DNA from: a virus
Taxonomy: Duplodnaviria; Caudoviricetes
IMG/VR virus record: IMGVR_UViG_3300013137_001181
Span: 1-60,502 of that record
Strand: one strand, 5' to 3'
DNA: 60,502 nt
The notes under the pieces were generated by a model, which saw only the letters and a program-made list of their open reading frames with translations, made no database searches and was not told the DNA's origin. The first letter of the stretch is position 1; the number at the start of each line of letters is the position of its first letter. Both the position numbers and the translations under genes were made by a program. Shown piece by piece: positions 18,306 through 26,740 of the stretch.

Positions 18306-18899
18306 TTAAATCTTCGTATCGTGTGTCAGATAACTTCCGTTTTTATAGGAAGACCATGGAATCCAGCCTTGTTCGGTCCAGATTTCATGTGCGATGTCAA
18401 TATTTTTTTGACAATCTTTCATATCTTCCATTGTCCACCCGTGTTTTGCGACACGTTTGGTGTGAACGCTGTTGATCTGAAAAACACCATAGTCAGTTGT
18501 TCCGTCTTTGTTTGTATTTGTCCGCGAACAGTTGAAATGGTGATTAAGATTCCAAAAGTTTTCTGACTTTGCCATCCTTATTGCGACAGAAAAGTCCCAA
18601 TTTTTTGTTGAGATGTAATCATATATGTCTTGGTCTGTCCATATATGTTCGGTAGCAACAACCGGTTTTGTTATTATCGCCGAGTGTGTTGACACCTTTT
18701 CTTTTCTGTCTGGGATTAAGATCTTCCGTTTTTCAACAATAATTGGAAATTGAACCTTGACGGTTACAATAACCGGTGGTCTGAAAACGAAATGATTTAC
18801 TTCCCACCACGCATTAAGTGCGTATAGGATAACTACTGACACGATTGTCAGGATTAAAGTTATAGCAACGGCTATTAAAGCCAGTTGCTTTTTTGTCAT
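18306..18899 (-). CDS. membrane-anchored lysozyme-like / lytic transglycosylase domain protein
   Basis: N-terminal TM helix; AKSE...NTNKDGTTDYGVFQIN...NIDIA...GWIPWS. Confidence 0.8.
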   Translation of the reverse strand: MTKKQLALIAVAITLILTIVSVVILYALNAWWEVNHFVFRPPVIVTVKVQFPIIVEKRKILIPDRKEKVSTHSAIITKPVVATEHIWTDQDIYDYISTKNWDFSVAIRMAKSENFWNLNHHFNCSRTNTNKDGTTDYGVFQINSVHTKRVAKHGWTMEDMKDCQKNIDIAHEIWTEQGWIPWSSYKNGSYLTHDTKI

Positions 18900-19168
18900 G
18901 AGTTTTTTTCACCTCCTAACTTAAAAGATTGCTAACTTAAATTCGCCTGGGATTATTGTCCCAAGCGGATTGCAGTTGTCAATCATCTGCCACACCCACG
19001 ACTTGCCGGATATTGGTTGCAATATCTCCATTCATCAAAGTATGTGGTTGCTTCATTCCCTAGGACAACAGCAACAAAGCACACAATGAAAATAAGGATT
19101 ACAAGTCTTTTTGGATTGTAAAGTATCATGTTTTTTCACCTCCTTGGTTAAGAAAAAACTGTTAACAA

Positions 19169-19363
19169 TCACTTTTGGACATGATCAATCCATTTCTCTA
19201 CTATCTTGGTTATTTTTGATATCGCCTCGTCGATATATTGGTCATCTTTGACCAATACATCGGGTTTTAATCCAGCGATATCGGCCACATCGGAGAAAAG
19301 TTCGTCAAGTTTGTTATAAATCTCGACAGTTATTATGCTCCGATCTAATTCTTTTTTGGTCAT
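19169..19363 (-). CDS. hypothetical protein
   Basis: 64 aa. Confidence 0.55.
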   Translation of the reverse strand: MTKKELDRSIITVEIYNKLDELFSDVADIAGLKPDVLVKDDQYIDEAISKITKIVEKWIDHVQK

Positions 19364-19683
19364 AAGTCAGTATAAATTTTGTAACAAAAAGTATCCCAGG
19401 CATTCGCCGTATTGGTTCACATATACACGGTGGAGGCCTTTTTCAGCGCGTTTAATAGCATAATGGTTACGCAGCGCCTGGGAAATCTTCTTTCTTCGAA
19501 GCATTTCGCTCCGATGATTGCGTATCATTGTTTTAATTAACTCCATATTTTTTTCACCTCCTTGGTTTTTGCAAAAATGGTTAACAATAGAGCCTGGGAT
19601 TTAATTATCCCTGGGTATTTGCAATCCAAAGCATTTCAGCCGAAGGATTTTTTATTTTCTTCGACTGAATACGTCTTGGATTA

Positions 19684-19893
19684 TCAAGATTTGTGGAGAT
19701 AACTCTCCTTGGTGCGTGTTATTGTTATAAAATGTCGCCATTGGTCACGCTTTAACCTTTGGACAACTATTTCGCCATATTTTAATGTCCGAAGTGCAGT
19801 ATCACAAAAAGCAAGGATTTCTTGCTCATTGGATTTTAGCAAGATCGGTTGCTTTTTGTCCCCATCTATGTTTATTTGGACGTTGTATATCAT
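19684..19893 (-). CDS. hypothetical protein
   Basis: 69 aa coupled to the upstream ORF. Confidence 0.55.
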   Translation of the reverse strand: MIYNVQINIDGDKKQPILLKSNEQEILAFCDTALRTLKYGEIVVQRLKRDQWRHFITITRTKESYLHKS

Positions 19894-20300
19894 CGGGTAA
19901 AAAATGCTAAACTTTTAACTTCATATTCGGGTAAATGTCTGTTGATGTCAGCAAGTATCAGGACAATTATGCTCCGTTTCAGGCCTATTCGGTCAAGACG
20001 AAGCACACTTAATCTTACTCCTTGGACATATTTCAACCAAGTTTTTGATTTTTCAATTGTAAACTTCATTTGGTCAAGCAGATATACTATTCTGTCGAGC
20101 TCCAAGTACATCTCATCTTCTTGGACTTCGTATTCAGCGGACTTTTTTTTGACGCCGAGCATACGAGTCCGAGCAAGCAGTAGTCCGGGACTACTTTGAT
20201 ATGTGGTTTTTCTTTGACCATGACTTATAGTATCCATAGACTTATAGTAATCATTGAATAATTTTCGCCGGTTTTTTTTTATCCTATAGTAAAATATCAC
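19890..20300 (-). CDS. hypothetical protein
   Basis: 136 aa ORF; start uncertain. Confidence 0.5.
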   Translation of the reverse strand: MIFYYRIKKNRRKLFNDYYKSMDTISHGQRKTTYQSSPGLLLARTRMLGVKKKSAEYEVQEDEMYLELDRIVYLLDQMKFTIEKSKTWLKYVQGVRLSVLRLDRIGLKRSIIVLILADINRHLPEYEVKSLAFFTR

Positions 20301-20578
20301 AAAGTAAAAAAAAAGGCCTATTCAAGGCCTTTCTTCTTGCAAAACTCATACAGATCGCACGTCGCGCAATCGTCGCGTTCTTCGTCGGCGTCAAACGTTT
20401 TTTTGTCAAAGTAGTAGTTGACAAAAAAATTTGTTTTTTCAGCTTCGTGTAACTCAAACATAAGATAAAAAAAAACTCTTAATTTTTTACATTGCAAAAT
20501 AAATCAGGCGCGCGATAAAATTATATTAAATGAAGAAAAAATCTTATCATTTTTTTTTCTTCATTGAAAAAACCGGCT

Positions 20579-20872
20579 TCATTTATTCTTGTACTGCTTT
20601 ATCAACTCGGCGACGCTTTTAACGCCGCTCATTTTCAATAGCTCTTTCAGATTGTCACTGTTCTCTTTGGCTTTGGCGTGCGCCTTTGCTTTATCATCAA
20701 GAACGCTCAATTTTTTGTACGTTTTGTACAATTCTTCATCAAGTTGTATTTCTTCAATCATCGCTTTTATCTTCGCTTTATTTTCAACGATGAACAGAAA
20801 GTCAGCTTGGTTTTTTTCAGACAAGGCCTGAAAATCTTCATGTGCTTTCATCAAATCGACATTGTTATACAT
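20579..20872 (-). CDS. hypothetical coiled-coil protein, first gene of the left arm
   Basis: Likely start MYNNVDLMK. Confidence 0.6.
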   Translation of the reverse strand: MYNNVDLMKAHEDFQALSEKNQADFLFIVENKAKIKAMIEEIQLDEELYKTYKKLSVLDDKAKAHAKAKENSDNLKELLKMSGVKSVAELIKQYKNK

Positions 20873-20997
20873 AGTGTGTTTTGTGATAAATCGCGCGCCT
20901 GGTTTACTTTGCAATGCGACAAATTGTCAACGTACTGCTATTGCCGTGATAGCTAACGATGAAGAAGATGTTTTATTATCATCGTTATTCACTTTTA

Positions 20998-21026
20998 ATA
21001 ATACTATGATTAAAATATAGTGTCAA
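20998..21026 (-). promoter_or_regulatory. leftward (early) sigma70-type promoter
   Basis: TTGACA-17 nt-TATTAT. Confidence 0.65.
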
Positions 21027-21043
21027 ATGCTATTTATCGCGTC

Positions 21044-21632
21044 CTGACGCTCTAAACTGAATTATCAAACGTGTTAGTTAAATAATACGTCGTTTAGATT
21101 GCTCTGACGCTCTAAACTGAAACGTGTTTTTTTCTTGCTTGTATCACGAAAAACAAACTCACGTTTTGATTGTCAATACGCGCTAAATGTTTACTATTGT
21201 ACAAGTTTTTTTTTTAATTTTCGATTATCGCATTCTGACGCTCTGAATAAGTATATCAGACTATATCAACTCATGAAGTGTTCATACTATATCATACTAT
21301 ATCAACGACGATGTATGTATCGTATATGTATCATGACATAGATAAAACATGTTCATGTATTAACGTATTAACATATTAACATGCTAACATGTGAACGTGT
21401 TATCGCGCGAACACGCGCCAAGTGTGCGATTTGTATATAATGATATACTATAACATGGACAAAAAACATCGCAATCTGTTGTATAGTATAGTGCTATATA
21501 GACTAAGGACTTTGTCGCGTATTGACGCTCTGAAAAATAGACAAGATATGTCGACGTCGTATAACATATATTATACGACGTGTATGATGATATAAAAAAT
21601 CTTTAATTTATATTGCTCTGACGCGCTAAACT
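21044..21632. repeat. dispersed direct repeats CTGACGCTCT(AAACTGAA)
   Basis: Copies at ~21044 and 21104 (18 bp identical), 21235, 21523 and 21618 (variant). Confidence 0.85.
21554..21581. other. dif/Xer-like tyrosine recombinase site (11-6-11 palindrome)
   Basis: ACGTCGTATAA-CATATA-TTATACGACGT, perfect inverted arms with the ATAA/TTAT cores of dif sites. Confidence 0.65.
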
Positions 21633-21814
21633 CATTGTGGACTTTTTTTGTCGTGATAATATATTTTACTATAAGACTGTGCCATGCGATAAAATCTATT
21701 CACGCACGCACAGGCGTAGAGTCGTAGGTACTTGCTACAGGATAAAAAAATAGAAAACTATCCTTCCTCATCCTTACCCCCCGAGCACCTCAGCATCAGT
21801 AAAAACATCATCGT

Positions 21815-22154
21815 TGTCAGACAAATGTAAGCGATTGATCGCCTGTTTTCGTGCGTAAATCAGTGTTTGTCAGACATTATTTGTCTTTGTCAGACAAGTT
21901 TTGTGATGTTTGTCAGTCTTTGAGATGTTGATCATTGTCTCTCAGGCACGAACATGTTGATTGTCAGACATTGCTATTGACATTGTCAGACAAACTATCT
22001 ATAATGTCAGACATATGAAGATAATTAATGTCAGACAACTCTTGAGAGAGTTCAACAGCATCTTTCCTATACCTGAAGATGGCATACAAGTTGTAGGTAG
22101 AGATGAATCAAAGACATTCTATATCTATGGCGTTGTCAGACAAGATGTCAGACA
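21815..22154. repeat. nine copies of the quasi-palindrome TGTCAGACA (operator-like)
   Basis: Starts at 21815, 21868, 21888, 21962, 21984, 22005, 22029, 22134, 22146. Confidence 0.9.
21977..22005 (+). promoter_or_regulatory. rightward sigma70-type promoter
   Basis: TTGACA-17 nt-TATAAT perfect consensus, overlapped by TGTCAGACA boxes. Confidence 0.85.
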
Positions 22155-22488
22155 ATACAACGTGCCGAAAGCGACGCCCAGTGTTCGTGATACAGGCGAA
22201 GACTTGTTGCTTGACAATGACTTTCCTGAAAAAAAAGAAGAAAAAAAGATTGAAAAAGTCGAGATGATAGGAGAGCTTCGAGGCAGAGAGATCTGGGTAC
22301 ACACTGGATATGGCTATTGTGAGCAGCACTTTGAGAAAGGTGTGAAGTACAAGCTGTATCGCATCATAGCTGATGATTTCAACGGAGACATGGTGGTCAA
22401 TAAGCTTATGTGCGAGAACTGCATGAAGGAAGTCTTCAGGAAGATGTCTGAGGCAGGAAGCATAAGAAGTGTTGAAAAGAATGCTTAA
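22015..22488 (+). CDS. putative DNA-binding regulator (Phd/YefM-like N-terminus, C-terminal CxxH/CxxC)
   Basis: MKIINVRQLLREFNSIF...IQVVGR resembles the Phd DNA-binding domain; ATG lies ~10 nt after the -10 box. Confidence 0.55.
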   Translation: MKIINVRQLLREFNSIFPIPEDGIQVVGRDESKTFYIYGVVRQDVRQYNVPKATPSVRDTGEDLLLDNDFPEKKEEKKIEKVEMIGELRGREIWVHTGYGYCEQHFEKGVKYKLYRIIADDFNGDMVVNKLMCENCMKEVFRKMSEAGSIRSVEKNA

Positions 22489-22629
22489 TTATGTTAGTAT
22501 TAAAACTATGTTCAATCTGTTTGATGCGCTCTTCAAAAAAGAGCACACGCACGACAAGATGACAAAGAGAGAGAGTCTGAAAGGAAAATCTCTTGTCGCA
22601 AAAAAGAAAGCAAAGAAGAAGTAGATTAT

Positions 22630-22700
22630 GCCTCTATAGTTAAGTGGCTTAACAGATGTTTTGTAAACATCCGAGGCAAGTCCGATCCTTGCTGGAGGCT
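22630..22700 (+). tRNA. tRNA-Thr(UGU)
   Basis: GCCTCTA/TGGAGGC acceptor, GTTA/TAAC D stem, GATGT-TTTGTAA-ACATC anticodon arm, GCAAG-TCCGATC-CTTGC T arm (atypical loop). Confidence 0.75.
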
Positions 22701-22703
22701 CAA

Positions 22704-22769
22704 GGCTGCATAGTGTAAGCTTGCAGCTTTTGTCTGAAGGTGAAGCTGAGTTCGACTCTCAGCCAGACA
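22704..22769 (+). ncRNA. degenerate/rearranged tRNA-like element
   Basis: tRNA-like 5' start GGCTGCATAGTGTAA and intact T-arm CTGAG-TTCGACT-CTCAG, but the 5' and 3' ends do not pair as one acceptor stem. Confidence 0.45.
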
Positions 22770-22779
22770 ACATGTTCTT

Positions 22780-23009
22780 TAATAATCTGAGTTCTGAAAT
22801 GGTCGAATAAGAGGCTAAGCAACTCTAAGACACACAGGTACAATGGCAAATGCTGAGTATTTGTGGTAGTTCTCGGACCTCGCAAGAGGTGAAAACACCA
22901 TGACAAGTGTAAAAACTATTGCTGACCGAGGCTTACTTGCGAGTGTCGCTGATTGTTGACGTGAAGACGGCAACTGAGGCTATTCTCGCTTTCGGAACTC
23001 AGGTTATTA
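22780..23009 (+). ncRNA. candidate ~230 nt structured ncRNA
   Basis: 20-bp closing stem TAATAATCTGAGTTCTGAAA / TTTCGGAACTCAGGTTATTA (2 G-U), internal ACCTC-GCAA-GAGGT hairpin. Confidence 0.5.
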
Positions 23010-23024
23010 ATTTTTTATTTATGT

Positions 23025-23417
23025 ATGAAATCTGTATCTCTGAGGAATTTTCAACTTAAACCGAATTCCTTTCTGAAGGATCTTCCTCTCACGCTTACTC
23101 GTTATGGCACTCCGTTTCTCATTGTCTCAAACTACAAGAAATCGATAGATTTGTTTGAGCCGAAGACACAAGAGCAAGTGCAAGAAGAGAAGAAAGAAGA
23201 GATTAGAATAAGCGAAGAGCTTCTTGATTTGAATCTTGGCAACGCCACAGCTTCAGAACATAAGTGCGCAGAGTGTCATGAGACTAAAAAGTGCTTTGCG
23301 GTCGCTTATGTCGATACCGATGGCACACAGCTATGGATAAAACAGTTCTGTGAGACGTGCCTTCGCGTCATCAACGAGAAAGTTAACAGGTACGGAGGCG
23401 TTTTAAAGGCAAGGTGA
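23025..23417 (+). CDS. Phd/YefM-like N-terminal domain plus Zn finger protein
   Basis: MKSVSLRNFQLK...LPLTLTRYGTP; CAEC...CETC. Confidence 0.6.
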   Translation: MKSVSLRNFQLKPNSFLKDLPLTLTRYGTPFLIVSNYKKSIDLFEPKTQEQVQEEKKEEIRISEELLDLNLGNATASEHKCAECHETKKCFAVAYVDTDGTQLWIKQFCETCLRVINEKVNRYGGVLKAR

Positions 23418-23635
23418 TACATATGCTTATAGCAGGTGGTGGATACTCAACAATACCGACAGATGAGCCGACAGCCTTTCCTACGATGAAAGTCGAGAAG
23501 ATGGCGACAGTCGAATCAAGCGTTGCCACAGCTTCAGCAAAGCCGAAAGAGACATTCTCTCTCTCGCTTATGTTGCTTGTGGTGGTTGCAGTAGCTCTTG
23601 TCGGATTTATCATTTACAAACTAATCAAAAAGTGA
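23414..23635 (+). CDS. small membrane protein with Ser/Thr-rich ectodomain
   Basis: C-terminal TM helix and basic tail. Confidence 0.6.
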   Translation: MIHMLIAGGGYSTIPTDEPTAFPTMKVEKMATVESSVATASAKPKETFSLSLMLLVVVAVALVGFIIYKLIKK

Positions 23636-24351
23636 GGGGAGTAGTGCTGGCAGGAGGCTTAGGAACGCGTCTTTATCCGCTTACCTATGCCACTAACAAA
23701 CATTTGTTGCCCGTATATGACAGGCCGATGATTTATTATCCTATCGAGACGCTGGTGAATGCTGGAATCAAGGATATTCTCGTTGTCGTGTCAGGACCAT
23801 ATGCCGGTCACTTTATTCCTGTCATTCAGAATGGCAAAGCGTTTGGAGATATACATATTGAATACGCATATCAGTCAAAACCTGATGGTGGTATTGCAGA
23901 TGCGCTTTCGCTTGCCGAGAAGTTTGTTGCGGGTGAGTCTCTAGCGGTCATTCTCGGTGATAACACGACTGACGCAGATATCTCAGAAGATGTTAAGAAC
24001 TTCAAAGAAGGCGCTGTTATCTTCTTGAAGAAGGTGAAAGATCCGAAGAGATTCGGTGTTGTTGTGTTTGATGATAAGATGAACGTTATACGAATAGATG
24101 AGAAACCTGAGAAGCCTGAATCAAATATGGCGGTAACAGGTCTCTATATTTATGACAACACAGTCTTTGACAGAATAAAAGGCTGTAAGCCTTCAGCACG
24201 CGGCGAACTTGAAATAACCGATGTTAATAATTTATATATCAAGGAACAAAAGATGCGCTGGTCACAGCTTAAAGGCTATTGGCTTGATGCAGGAACGTTT
24301 GACACGCTTCTGCAAGCAAATATCTACTGGTCTCTCAGGCGCAAAGAATAA
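23632..24351 (+). CDS. sugar-1-phosphate nucleotidyltransferase (RmlA/SpsI-like)
   Basis: GVVLAGGLGTRLYPLT..NKHLLPVYD.PMI, LGDN, EKP, PSARGELEITD. Confidence 0.92.
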   Translation: MRGVVLAGGLGTRLYPLTYATNKHLLPVYDRPMIYYPIETLVNAGIKDILVVVSGPYAGHFIPVIQNGKAFGDIHIEYAYQSKPDGGIADALSLAEKFVAGESLAVILGDNTTDADISEDVKNFKEGAVIFLKKVKDPKRFGVVVFDDKMNVIRIDEKPEKPESNMAVTGLYIYDNTVFDRIKGCKPSARGELEITDVNNLYIKEQKMRWSQLKGYWLDAGTFDTLLQANIYWSLRRKE

Positions 24352-24353
24352 CT

Positions 24354-24725
24354 ATGAGAAAAATACGATGGAGTTTTGCTATATTGCTTAACAAACTGGC
24401 GGCCAGACTTCAACTTGACAGACCTGGTGCCAATATGACGAAGATTCAGATAGACGATGAGTTCATTGTTATTAAAACAAATAATACCTACGAGGCGGCT
24501 TTCTACATGACGAAGGGCGCGCAGGTAGAGGGCGTGGTGTTTCGTCCTGTGCGGGATAATAAGCGAAGCAAGCTTGGCTACTCATACGCGTGGATCATGA
24601 CACTCTCACATGTTTCAAAGAGAGTACACGAGACGTACAAGAACGGCGTGGCTCAGTGTCTTGTTTCTGATTTAGAGTACAGCAGAAGAAAATTAAAAAA
24701 AATAGTTAAAAAAATATCTAGATAA
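24354..24725 (+). CDS. hypothetical protein
   Basis: 123 aa; T.N.YEAAF motif loosely similar to 30800-31066. Confidence 0.65.
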   Translation: MRKIRWSFAILLNKLAARLQLDRPGANMTKIQIDDEFIVIKTNNTYEAAFYMTKGAQVEGVVFRPVRDNKRSKLGYSYAWIMTLSHVSKRVHETYKNGVAQCLVSDLEYSRRKLKKIVKKISR

Positions 24726-24727
24726 AT

Positions 24728-25048
24728 ATGAACACATCAGACATTCAGGCGCAAATGTTGAAAGCAAACACACAGTCACGAATGGGCAACACAAAGCCTA
24801 TTCCTAATTGGAAAAGACTTGGGCTTAAGTCGAGACAGGAAGGAATAGCCTATGTTCTTAATTTTCTTAAGCAAAACGAGAAAGGAATTATCAAGCGGGG
24901 TATTGATACGTTTACCATGATAACGGTGGGCAATTATCAGTTCATGCTTGGAAAGCAAAGCGATGAGCTTGGTCTTTCTAAGTATAAAAACAAGAAAAAG
25001 CGTGAAGATAAGTCAGTGGAGAGAGGACAAGAAGAGGCTGATAATTGA
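24728..25048 (+). CDS. hypothetical protein
   Basis: 106 aa. Confidence 0.6.
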   Translation: MNTSDIQAQMLKANTQSRMGNTKPIPNWKRLGLKSRQEGIAYVLNFLKQNEKGIIKRGIDTFTMITVGNYQFMLGKQSDELGLSKYKNKKKREDKSVERGQEEADN

Positions 25049-25268
25049 GTATCAGGAGCATGGCATAACCAGCTGTGAAGGAAAGCTTATAAATACACAC
25101 TGCATGCGTACATTTGCGCTTGCGATACATCATCTTGACAGGCGCTCATCGGGTAACGCTCAGAATACGTTCGAAGAAACAAGACTTTTGTGTGCCGATT
25201 GTCATCATAGGGCCGATCAGGCGCCAGGACATCAAGAGTTTAATGAGCAACTAAGAGCGTTGCGTTAG
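24948..25268 (+). CDS. HNH-like endonuclease (start probably near 25002)
   Basis: SCE...C...IHHLDRRS...LLCADCH. Confidence 0.65.
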   Translation: MESKAMSLVFLSIKTRKSVKISQWREDKKRLIIEYQEHGITSCEGKLINTHCMRTFALAIHHLDRRSSGNAQNTFEETRLLCADCHHRADQAPGHQEFNEQLRALR

Positions 25269-25274
25269 TTGCAC

Positions 25275-25303
25275 TTGACATGAAAAGTGTTGTGTATTAT
25301 AGT
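25275..25303 (+). promoter_or_regulatory. sigma70-type promoter of the lysis cassette
   Basis: TTGACA-17 nt-TATAGT. Confidence 0.7.
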
Positions 25304-25345
25304 TTAAAGTAGAGGTTTCGTATTACTTGTTTAGAAGTAACAACG

Positions 25346-25370
25346 AGCAGCTGAGAGGCTGCTTTTTTTT
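25346..25370 (+). terminator. intrinsic terminator directly before the endolysin ATG
   Basis: AGCAGC-TGAGAG-GCTGCT followed by a T run abutting ATG 25371. Confidence 0.75.
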
Positions 25371-26453
25371 ATGAAAAAACTCAATATTTCGACCATCTAC
25401 TCTCAACGAGATGGCAGATGGTCAGCAAATCTTCTCGGATTCAACACAGATCCTCAGTATTCAATCGGCAACTATGGCTGTCTTCTTACTTGTCTTGCTA
25501 TGTATTGCACTGCAACAAGTAGAACTGAGACTCCGCCTTCTCTAAATGAGAAGATAAAGAATGTAAATGGCTTCGTTAGTGGTGGTTTATATGATTGGAC
25601 TTCACTTACTCGTGTTTATTCAGATGTTGCGCAAGATTTTACTTCGGCCTATTTTTCAGACGCTGTTCCTGACTCAGCGCTTGATAAGATGCGCTCGCTC
25701 ATCGACGCGGGCAAGCCTCTTCTTGTTGAGATAGATTTCAATCCTGCTACGGTGGTTGAGGATATGCATTTTGTTCTTGTATACGGATATGACGATAACA
25801 ACGTGTTTTATATTGTTGATCCGTGGACAGGAACCAAGACCACTCTTGACGTGTATGGAGATGTTAAGCGTGTCGTGTACTCATTTAGATGCTACTCTTC
25901 GACAGTACAGGCGGAAAAACCTCAGCTCCTTGTTGATTCAGACATCTACGAACATCTTGTAAATGGTGCGACCGTGAGAAAAGATGTTGCTTCTTATCTT
26001 GAGCTCTCAGACCCTGATAACACCCAGTTTGTTGAGATTCAAAGAGTCATCGCAGGTCTAAAAAGTCGCGCCACAGACCTCCAAACTCAACTTACAAAAG
26101 CTCAGACAGACGCAACAAATAATAGTGAGCAAGTTAGCAGACTGAAGGAGCAATTGCTAAATGATGAAAAATTACGAGCAGGTCTTACTAACAGTCTAAA
26201 CGAAGCCATGCAAAAACTGTCGGGTGTACAAAAAGTGTATGAAGATCAACTGGCGGTAAAGCAAGGCCAGGTCGACACGATTGCAAAAGAAAAAGGACAG
26301 CTTAATGTGACAATCCAAACCTTAACATCAACCGTTGAGCAACAAAAGACGCGCATAACCGAACTTGTTGCTAATCAGACAAAGACCTATACCGTGGGCG
26401 AACTTGTCATGATGATTTGGAAAAAGATTATGCCTATAAAAATTAAGGTCTGA
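25371..26453 (+). CDS. putative endolysin: peptidase C39-like domain plus long coiled coil
   Basis: YSQRD..W, GCLLTCLAM (Cys), HFVL (His), DPW (Asp); heptad-rich C-terminal half. Confidence 0.8.
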   Translation: MKKLNISTIYSQRDGRWSANLLGFNTDPQYSIGNYGCLLTCLAMYCTATSRTETPPSLNEKIKNVNGFVSGGLYDWTSLTRVYSDVAQDFTSAYFSDAVPDSALDKMRSLIDAGKPLLVEIDFNPATVVEDMHFVLVYGYDDNNVFYIVDPWTGTKTTLDVYGDVKRVVYSFRCYSSTVQAEKPQLLVDSDIYEHLVNGATVRKDVASYLELSDPDNTQFVEIQRVIAGLKSRATDLQTQLTKAQTDATNNSEQVSRLKEQLLNDEKLRAGLTNSLNEAMQKLSGVQKVYEDQLAVKQGQVDTIAKEKGQLNVTIQTLTSTVEQQKTRITELVANQTKTYTVGELVMMIWKKIMPIKIKV

Positions 26454-26458
26454 TATAT

Positions 26459-26740
26459 ATGACAAGAAACGATATAGATATTGCTAGAATAAATACGAAA
26501 CTTGATAACTTGCTTGAGGAAGTGAGAGAAATAAAGCAAAAACAGAGCAATATGTATGATAGGTTCGTAATGAAGGAAGAATTGAATACGCGATATTCTG
26601 AATTAAAAACAGCAAATCAGACGACAGAGGATAAATTGTCTGAGCGTATAAGGAGACTTGAGATTATTGTTTATGGCATGATAGGACTCATACTGACAGG
26701 GTTTATTGGAGCCTTGATTGCGATAGTATATAAAAAATGA
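26459..26740 (+). CDS. coiled-coil plus C-terminal TM protein (holin/XhlA-like)
   Basis: Lysis cassette context, single C-terminal TM. Confidence 0.6.
   Translation: MTRNDIDIARINTKLDNLLEEVREIKQKQSNMYDRFVMKEELNTRYSELKTANQTTEDKLSERIRRLEIIVYGMIGLILTGFIGALIAIVYKK

Noticed and set aside
21135-21341. 68-aa ORF in the switch region
   Set aside because: It has a TTG start, no RBS and low-complexity repeat-rich DNA; likely non-coding.
21044-22154. CRISPR array
   Set aside because: The repeats are 9-18 bp with irregular spacing, and no cas genes are present.
22780-23009. tmRNA, RNase P RNA or group I intron
   Set aside because: There are no tRNA-Ala-like ends, no RNase P P4 consensus and no P7 signatures like those at 51449-51669.
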